A stretch of 27,603 nt of DNA from an uncultured Thermotogae bacterium (lineage in GTDB: Bacteria; Bipolaricaulota; Bipolaricaulia; CAYUCE01): contig CAYUCE010000022.1 of NCBI GenBank assembly GCA_964443275.1, forward strand, positions 1 through 27,603, written 5' to 3'. Each line of letters begins with the position of its first letter. Position 1 is the first letter of the stretch. The notes under the pieces are model-generated. The model was not told the DNA's origin. It worked only from the letters and a program-made list of their open reading frames with translations, and did not search any database. The position numbers and the translations under genes were made by a program. Below are positions 1 to 5,877 of this stretch, in pieces.

Positions 1-117
1 ATGTTTCATTAGCACTGGAATTCTCAATAACATCGATTGTTTTCTGGTAGCGGAAGGCTAAAGCCTTCCGCTACCTCGGCTATAACTTGCGTCCCTTTAT
101 AAACAAGAAGCTCAATA
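1..117. repeat. Copy 1 (short variant) of a multi-copy intergenic repeat element: conserved core (1-55) + perfect 13-bp-stem hairpin GTAGCGGAAGGCT-aa-AGCCTTCCGCTAC (47-74) + tail CCTCGGCTATAACTTGCGTCC (74-94) ... AAGCTCAATA (108-117)
   Basis: Core matches 4773-4827 at about 52/55 nt. Tail matches 4961-4982 and 4995-5004. The 133-bp middle module of copy 2 is replaced here by a short hairpin. Truncated by the window edge. Confidence 0.75.
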
Positions 118-155
118 AAATCCTTTTTCAAAGAGTCCGGGTTCCCCCATTCTTT

Positions 156-184
156 TTGATGGAAAGGTAAAATGGCCTTATAAT
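156..184 (+). promoter_or_regulatory. Candidate sigma70-like promoter for ORF 227-949: -35 TTGATG (156-161), 17-nt spacer, -10 TATAAT (179-184)
   Basis: Hexamer match and spacing read from the sequence. A GAGGA Shine-Dalgarno sits 8 nt before the ATG at 227. Confidence 0.3.
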
Positions 185-226
185 TCAACAACCATCCTCA
201 ATAAGCGTAAATGAGGAACTTCTTAG

Positions 227-949
227 ATGAGCCAAAATACTGACAAAACAAAGCTATCCCGGATTATTGAGTCCTACATGGACAAAACTGCCGGGCTCAA
301 GCAGCATTGCGAAAGGTGTCTTAGGACCGAGCGTTGGGGTTCTAACGCCGTACTGATGGTGGTAGATGCAGCCTTTACCTCCATAGGGCTTAATTATTTC
401 ACGGGGGTAGTTCCCAAAGTAATGGAGTTTGAAAAAGAATTTGTAAACAGCGGATCCATAAGCTGCTTTAAAGGCTTAAAAAACCTCTCCTTGATCGAAG
501 CGGAACATATCTGGAAAAACAAAAGGTCATGGAACGTAGCCAGGTCAGTTGCTACATATCTGGATGATTTAGAGCAAGAAAACCACCAGAATGACCGAGG
601 GGCTCTGCGGATGTGGGCTCAAAATGCTCCACTTGAAAACTGGCAAGCGACCCCAATTGGAAAGGTAAAAGGAGTGGGTATAAACACCTATCAGTATCTG
701 CGCATGATGGGCGGTGTAGATACCGCGATGCCGGATAAGATAGTAAGAAGGGTGATAAGAGAAATCCTAGAGAAAGCAGAGGTTACCATGCCCACCGAGG
801 ACGACATTGAGCTGGTTGAAACTATAGCTAGAATAGCTGACATATCTGGATACCGGTCAATTGAAATCTGTTGGATGACTTGGCTTGTCCAGTCCGAGGG
901 AGACCAAACAAGGATGGAAAAATACGCCCCAATTTTGGAGAGAATATAG
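227..949 (+). CDS. Hypothetical protein with a helix-hairpin-helix motif (IGKVKGVGINTYQYL) followed by GGVDT. Weak resemblance to HhH-GPD-type DNA glycosylases.
   Basis: 240-aa ORF with ATG start, RBS and a putative promoter. An HhH-like GVG hairpin is visible. No confident family assignment. Confidence 0.5.
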   Translation: MSQNTDKTKLSRIIESYMDKTAGLKQHCERCLRTERWGSNAVLMVVDAAFTSIGLNYFTGVVPKVMEFEKEFVNSGSISCFKGLKNLSLIEAEHIWKNKRSWNVARSVATYLDDLEQENHQNDRGALRMWAQNAPLENWQATPIGKVKGVGINTYQYLRMMGGVDTAMPDKIVRRVIREILEKAEVTMPTEDDIELVETIARIADISGYRSIEICWMTWLVQSEGDQTRMEKYAPILERI

Positions 950-1032
950 GGATCAGATTTAGCCTAGAGATATCTTTGCGAGAATTTAATGTATCTACAA
1001 AAAATATGCAACAGTAAGAAAGGGTGACAACT

Positions 1033-2229
1033 ATGAATTGCGATTTTGACAGGGTAATACACCGCCGGGGGACAAATTCTGCAAAATGGGATTACTGTGA
1101 GAAGGTATTTGGGCGCGATGATATACTGCCTATGTGGGTCGCAGACTCTGATTGGACCACAGCTAAGCCGATAATCGAAGCCATCAAAAAAAGAGCCGAA
1201 CACGGTATATTCGGCTACACTAAACAGGGTAAAGAGTGCGATGAAATTGTCATCAAGTGGTTGAAAAGACGTTTTGATTGGGAAATCAAGCCGGAATGGA
1301 TAATTTATACTAACGGAGTTATCCCCTCAATATCCGTTGCTATTAGAGCTTTTACTCAACCTGGTGACCAGGTAATCGTGCAACCTCCGGTTTACTATCC
1401 ATTTTTTCCCACCATTACTAATAGCGGCACACAGATAGTTAACAACCAGCTCGCCTTTGAGAAAAAATCATACTCCATGGACTTTGCCGATCTGGAAGGT
1501 AAGTTCAAACCCGGAGATGATTATGCTTCCCGCCCTCCCCGAGTCAAGATCCTTCTCCTGTGCAGTCCTCACAATCCGGTGGCCCGAGTTTGGAGTAAAG
1601 AAGAACTATTAAAATTAGGTGAGATTTGCCTAGAAAACAACACCCTAATCATCTCCGATGAAATCCATGCCGACCTTACCTTTGAGGGTTATGAACACAC
1701 CCCTCTTGCTTCCCTATCCAAAGAACTGGCTGCCAATTCTATTACTATGATGTCACCGAGCAAAACTTTTAACATACCTGGACTTCACACCTCCATGGTA
1801 ATAATCTCCAACCCCAAAATACGAAAGCAATTTAAGGCTGCCAAAAGCTACCTGCTTAATAAAGGAGGAATCTTTGGACTTGTAGCTTTAAAAACGGCCT
1901 ATAGCAAGTGTGACCAATGGTTGGAAAAACAGCTAGATTATTTACAAAAAAATATGGAATTTACTCTACAGTATTTTAAGAGGCATATCCCCAAAATTAA
2001 GGTTATAGAGCCGGAAGGAACTTATTTACTCTGGCTTGACTGCAGCGGGCTAAATTTAAGTCCCCGGGGGCTGGAAGATTTCATGATAAATCAAGCCAGG
2101 GTGGGGCTGGACAGTGGAAATTGGTTCGGCCCGGGAGGCGAATGCTTCATGAGGTTAAACATCGCCTGCCCTCGACCCCTCCTGCAAGAAGGACTGGATA
2201 GAATAAGGGTGGCAGTGAGAGAAAAGTGA
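1033..2229 (+). CDS. PLP-dependent aminotransferase class I/II, MalY/PatB-type cystathionine beta-lyase (C-S lyase)
   Basis: N-terminal DRVIHRRGTNSAKWD signature typical of MalY/PatB. PLP-lysine motif SPSKTFN. About 400 aa. ATG at 1033 is preceded by AAGAAAGGGTGA. The ORF track's GTG at 1024 is an alternative start. Confidence 0.85.
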   Translation: MNCDFDRVIHRRGTNSAKWDYCEKVFGRDDILPMWVADSDWTTAKPIIEAIKKRAEHGIFGYTKQGKECDEIVIKWLKRRFDWEIKPEWIIYTNGVIPSISVAIRAFTQPGDQVIVQPPVYYPFFPTITNSGTQIVNNQLAFEKKSYSMDFADLEGKFKPGDDYASRPPRVKILLLCSPHNPVARVWSKEELLKLGEICLENNTLIISDEIHADLTFEGYEHTPLASLSKELAANSITMMSPSKTFNIPGLHTSMVIISNPKIRKQFKAAKSYLLNKGGIFGLVALKTAYSKCDQWLEKQLDYLQKNMEFTLQYFKRHIPKIKVIEPEGTYLLWLDCSGLNLSPRGLEDFMINQARVGLDSGNWFGPGGECFMRLNIACPRPLLQEGLDRIRVAVREK

Positions 2230-2324
2230 GGATCTATTGTCTTATTACTTGAATAAATACTGCGAAGTTGTTACGATTTATGGTAAATTAGCCTAATAAA
2301 ATTAAAAATCAGAAGGGAGGAAAA

Positions 2325-2687
2325 ATGGCTGCACCTTATCATGAACCTTACGAGGAAATACCGGCCGAGGCACGAGAATATCACCGGATGATCCAAAGTG
2401 TAATAGAAGAGTTGGAGGCCATTGACTGGTACAATCAAAGGGCGGCGGTTACGGGAGATTCCCAACTTAAGGCAATAGTGGAACACAATAGAGATGAGGA
2501 GATTGAACACGCCTGTATGGGACTGGAGTGGCTTAGAAGAAATAGCCCTATATGGGACGAGAACCTAAATACTTACCTATTTTCGCAAGGCGATGTTACC
2601 GAATTGGAAGAAGGGGAAAACTCCAATAACGAAAGTTTTCCTGAAGATGGCTCTCTAGGAATTGGTGGTAGGGGAGGAGGAAAGTAA
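2325..2687 (+). CDS. Encapsulated ferritin-like protein (EncFtn/Flp), cargo of a family-1 encapsulin. C-terminal Gly-rich linker plus GSLGIG targeting peptide.
   Basis: The HEPYEE...HRMIQSVIEELEAIDWYNQR...HNRDEEIEHA...LEWLRRN pattern is typical of EncFtn. The C-terminal ...EDGSLGIGGRGGGK matches the canonical encapsulin cargo-loading peptide. Strong RBS GGGAGG. Stop lies 2 nt before the shell gene ATG. Confidence 0.85.
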   Translation: MAAPYHEPYEEIPAEAREYHRMIQSVIEELEAIDWYNQRAAVTGDSQLKAIVEHNRDEEIEHACMGLEWLRRNSPIWDENLNTYLFSQGDVTELEEGENSNNESFPEDGSLGIGGRGGGK

Positions 2688-2689
2688 AT

Positions 2690-3488
2690 ATGGATATTTT
2701 AAAAAGATCACAAGCCCCCTATACCGGCTGAAGCTTGGGATTTTATTGACGAAGAAGCCCGGGAAGTTCTAGAAGTAGAGTTGGTAGGAAGGACAGTGGT
2801 TGACTTTATAGGCCCCCAAGGCTTAGATAAATCCGCAGTTAATACTGGAAGAATTAAGAGACTAGGCCAAGGGGCAGTAGAGGGGGTAACTTATTGTCTG
2901 CGGGAGTCCCTACCTATGGTGGAAATTAAAGTGCCCTTCCGGATAAAGCTAAGTGAGATAGAAGCCCTGGCCCGGGGAGCGGCTGATGTGGATACAGATC
3001 CATTAATCGAAGCTTCCTTAAAAATAGCCCAGGCCGAAGACGAGATAATTTTCAATGGGCTAGAGGAAGCAAATATCAAGGGTATAGCAGTTGAAGCCGC
3101 GGAGTCTGCCTACGGAGTCTCCGATAAAGACGGGTTTATGCCGGCGGTTGTTCAAGGTATAAGCGGTTTCAAAAAAGCGGGAGTAGGAGGGCCTTATTCG
3201 CTTCTATTGGGACCGGAGATGTATGCATCTTTGTTTAAATCAACGGGAAGAGGTTATCCAGAAGAAAAAAGACTAAATGAGATTTTAGAAGGAAATATTA
3301 TCCGGGTACCAACCCTTGAATCCAGAGGACTTCTAATTTCCACTCGGGGCGGGGACTTCGAGCTGTTTGGAGGACAGGACCTCTCCGTGGGATTTTCCCA
3401 TTGGAAAGAAGACGAGATAGAATTCTTTTTGTACGAGTCCCTCACCTTTAGAATAAATACCCCCGAGGCTGCTCTGATTCTAACTTAA
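2690..3488 (+). CDS. Family-1 encapsulin shell protein (HK97-fold, linocin M18-like). The reading frame needs a +1 shift at the C5 run 2715-2719, so this is a frameshift, a sequencing error or a pseudogene.
   Basis: ATG at 2690 gives MDILKRSQAP, then TGA at 2729. The next frame gives ...IPAEAWDFIDEEAREVLEVELVGRTVVDF...GGDFELFGGQDLSVGF...PEAALILT. Joined, this matches the conserved encapsulin N-terminus (MxxLKRxxAPxxxxxWxxIDxxAR) and C-terminus. The RBS GGAGGAGG lies within the EncFtn 3' end. Confidence 0.85.
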
Positions 3489-3498
3489 GTTTTATAGA

Positions 3499-4476
3499 GT
3501 GAAGGTGAAAACATGGATTTGTAGGTTATTCGTCGGGTTTGGGTTACTTTTTTACCTGCTTGGGTTCTATTACCCAAATTTATCTGCACAAAATAAAGAG
3601 CCGGCTCAAGAATACCTGGTGCAACAGAGCTTTACCGTAAGAAATGAAGGCCCCGGTAATGCCTTGGATATAGGAATATGGGCGGTCTTGATCCAAACTC
3701 TATCACCTTATCAAAAAGTCCTATCAAGAGATGTAAATCTTCCAGATTACTCCATCCAGATAGATACAAATAACAATAAATATTTACATTTTAATCTGGA
3801 TAATCTACCTGCGGGGAAAGAAAGAACTATTGTGATTGAGTACAAGGTGATGGTACACAAAGTGGCAATTGATCTAAAGCTTTGCAGATGGGCAGGAAGC
3901 ATTCCCGAATCAGTTAAACCTTTTTTAAAGCTGGAAGGGATAGGCGGGTCGGATAAATCTGCCATAAAGGCCCTGGCGGATCGTCTGGCCAATGGGAAAA
4001 ACTCACCTTGTGAGATTTTACGAGCCATATACGAATGGATAGGAAGAAATATTGGCTATGATGAACATTTAAATGAAGATAAGAGCGCTTTATGGGCCCT
4101 TCAAAACAAAAGAGGTGATTGCTCGGAGTTTAGTTCTTTATTTGCTGCCTTAAGTCGAGCAGCCGGAAGTCCGGCCCGAATAGTGGAAGGGCTAGCATAT
4201 AGACCTGGTTTAGGCGATTCAACAGGTTTCTTTCATGCGTGGGTTGAAGTTTGGCTGGCCGACCTAGGGTGGGTACCAATCGATCCCACTTGGGGTAGGT
4301 TCCCGGAAACAAAAGATGATTATTTTGCAAAACTCACCCCTGATCATATTGTACTCACTCGGGGTAACTCGGCTAACCTACCTGAACAAAGTAGTTTTAT
4401 TCAATATGAATGGAGTAGGGAGAGGGAAGTTTCTCTTTCTTTAAAAGATTTGAGCTTGAATGTAGTTGCCAAGTAG
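3499..4476 (+). CDS. Secreted transglutaminase-like cysteine protease superfamily protein
   Basis: N-terminal signal peptide (hydrophobic core, ...LSA-Q). Cys-His-Asp triad motifs RGDCSEF, FFHAWVEVW and VPIDPTWG. GTG start 10 bp after the encapsulin stop. Confidence 0.8.
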   Translation: MKVKTWICRLFVGFGLLFYLLGFYYPNLSAQNKEPAQEYLVQQSFTVRNEGPGNALDIGIWAVLIQTLSPYQKVLSRDVNLPDYSIQIDTNNNKYLHFNLDNLPAGKERTIVIEYKVMVHKVAIDLKLCRWAGSIPESVKPFLKLEGIGGSDKSAIKALADRLANGKNSPCEILRAIYEWIGRNIGYDEHLNEDKSALWALQNKRGDCSEFSSLFAALSRAAGSPARIVEGLAYRPGLGDSTGFFHAWVEVWLADLGWVPIDPTWGRFPETKDDYFAKLTPDHIVLTRGNSANLPEQSSFIQYEWSREREVSLSLKDLSLNVVAK

Positions 4477-4534
4477 GTTCATCTATCATTATATTAACCC
4501 AGGGAAGGATTTACCATTTTTTAGTGTACCACTT

Positions 4535-4560
4535 GGAGGAAGAGAAAATTTTCTTCCTCC
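4535..4560. terminator. Stable hairpin GGAGGAAGA-gaaaattt-TCTTCCTCC in the convergent intergenic region. Possible bidirectional terminator, weak because there is no clean U-tract.
   Basis: 9-bp perfect stem read directly. T-run upstream (4516-4522) but none downstream. Confidence 0.3.
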
Positions 4561-4616
4561 AACAAACGCTGTGCCGCCCCAGTATTATTGAGCTTTTCGA
4601 TCACTAAAGAAACAAA

Positions 4617-4757
4617 AGATCGATCATGGATGTTATATTCTCGTACTTCGCTTCTTCGAAGCTCTCTGCTTCGCAAGCCTCTACTACGCTCCTTCGTAGC
4701 TTCGTAGAAGCGGAGAAGAGGTCGTAGAAGCGGAGAAGAGTAGGCAGTTTTGTTATG
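4617..4757. repeat. Array of about 22-bp imperfect palindromic repeat units in direct and inverted orientation, part of the multi-copy repeat element. Units: u1 4652-4672, B 4673-4688, u2 4689-4710, u3 (inverted) 4709-4730, u4 (inverted) 4731-4750.
   Basis: u1 CGTACTTCGCTTCTTCGAAGC is similar to u2 CTCTACTACGCTCCTTCGTAGC. The reverse complement of u3 is CTCTTCTCCGCTTCTACGAAGC. The same A-B-(inverted A) module recurs at 27540-27603. A tandem 20-mer GTAGAAGCGGAGAAGAG occurs twice. Confidence 0.75.
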
Positions 4758-4772
4758 CTTGTATGTTTTATT

Positions 4773-5004
4773 AGCACTGGAATTCTCAATAACATCGATT
4801 GTTTCCTGGTAGCGGAACCTCTACTATGCTTCTTCGAAGCTACGTAGAAGCGAAGAAGAGCCTTCAGGGTTCCACCCTTATATGGGATGCCCAAATAAAA
4901 ACCATGGAACCTTGCGCCATCCGCTACGAAAAACCACTTCCCTGGAACTTCCTCGGCTATAACTTGCGTTCCACAAGATCCAAAAAGCTCAATACACTGA
5001 GGCA
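4773..5004. repeat. Copy 2 (long variant) of the multi-copy repeat element: core 4773-4827; palindromic unit pair u5/u6 4829-4870 centred on AGCT; GGGTTCCACCC segment 4871-4887; TCCGCTACGAAAAAC 4931-4945; tail CCTCGGCTATAACTTGCGTTCC 4961-4982 ... AAGCTCAATA 4995-5004
   Basis: Aligns with 1-117. The pair differ by a 133-bp internal module versus the short hairpin in copy 1. Segments recur, partly inverted, at 27461-27493. Confidence 0.75.
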
Positions 5005-5034
5005 GTGTAATTACAGTTAAGTCACTTGCCGAAT

Positions 5035-5877
5035 CTAGTCGGTGAATCCCCACCTGGCCGGATCAAAATTAGGCAAACTTTCCGGTTCGAAAACGGAGTC
5101 GGGAATTTCACCCTCCGGGCGTATGCGCTTCTGAAAGGTGATAGTAGTTGAGCTTTCTTCCAAAACATTTTTGTTTATCATTTTATCAATTACTAACTTC
5201 CCTTCGAACTCTCCCAAAGCAAGCACTTCCACAACTCTCTCCAGGTTTTTTGCTTTGTTGTAGTACTCGGACTTTAAATCAAGCCAAGTGTCTTTGCTGA
5301 CCCACATCTTCCCGGTTGGATAATCGGCATCCGCACCCGGTTTGGCAGTAAGTTTTAGCACATAGCAAGGCATCTGTTTTCCCTGGATTTCCAGGGTTTC
5401 CTGACCGGAAAGCTCTGCTTTGTAATCATCCATTCTACTGCGCTCACCTATATCCTCATAAGAGAAGGTACTTCCGGCAAAGCTCTGTTTTCTTTGTTGT
5501 TCTGATTCCAGTTTCTTGAGTTGATCGACGGTAGGGGCGTAAACCCAAATATCTGCATCTCCTTGTTCAGGGGTTATGGCCAAAAACAAAAAGCCCTTTG
5601 GTTTAAGAAAGTAAATGAGCATTTTGTCGGGTCCTTCTTCGACATTTTTACCCAGACTTCTGAAACTGGTCTTGCTGGTAGTGCCGTCAGAATACTTATC
5701 CTCAAATTGAATGTAGTTAATCAAACTTCCCGACATTATCTCTTCGTCTCTATCTTCGACTTTTTGTAAAATCTGATCTCCGGTAAGCTGATTTTTTGAG
5801 TAGGTCAAATTACCGACCGTAAAACAGCCCATAAGTAGGAGCATAAATATTACTGCTCCGTAACTAGCTCTTCTCAT
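5035..5877 (-). CDS. LolA-like outer-membrane lipoprotein-sorting protein family (putative lipoprotein), partner of the MMPL transporter
   Basis: Signal peptide with a lipobox-like LLMGC. Size and beta-rich composition are consistent with LolA_like/DUF1571 proteins that flank MMPL/RND genes. The start overlaps the MMPL stop by 14 nt. Confidence 0.6.
   Translation of the reverse strand: MRRASYGAVIFMLLLMGCFTVGNLTYSKNQLTGDQILQKVEDRDEEIMSGSLINYIQFEDKYSDGTTSKTSFRSLGKNVEEGPDKMLIYFLKPKGFLFLAITPEQGDADIWVYAPTVDQLKKLESEQQRKQSFAGSTFSYEDIGERSRMDDYKAELSGQETLEIQGKQMPCYVLKLTAKPGADADYPTGKMWVSKDTWLDLKSEYYNKAKNLERVVEVLALGEFEGKLVIDKMINKNVLEESSTTITFQKRIRPEGEIPDSVFEPESLPNFDPARWGFTD

Noticed and set aside
964-1203. 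79-aa minus ORFs at 964-1203 and 2271-2510, and 60-aa ORF 15076-15258
   Set aside because: They overlap the starts or intergenic leaders of well-supported plus-strand genes and have no RBS or motifs.
2781-3488. ORF-track call of the encapsulin gene starting at TTG 2781
   Set aside because: The conserved encapsulin N-terminus is encoded upstream (ATG 2690, and frame B from 2703). The TTG is only the first permissible start codon in the shifted frame, not the real start.
4712-4750. Tandem 20-bp repeat GTAGAAGCGGAGAAGAG(GTC) considered as a mini CRISPR array
   Set aside because: Only two contiguous copies with no spacers and no cas genes. They are part of the palindromic-unit array.
4604-5053. 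149-aa minus-strand ORF and 73-aa plus-strand ORF (4799-5020) spanning the large intergenic region
   Set aside because: They lie entirely within the repeat element. The internal peptide repeats (LLRFY twice) are generated by the DNA repeat units. There is no RBS, and the minus ORF would overlap the LolA-like gene's 3' end. Best explained as non-coding repeat DNA.
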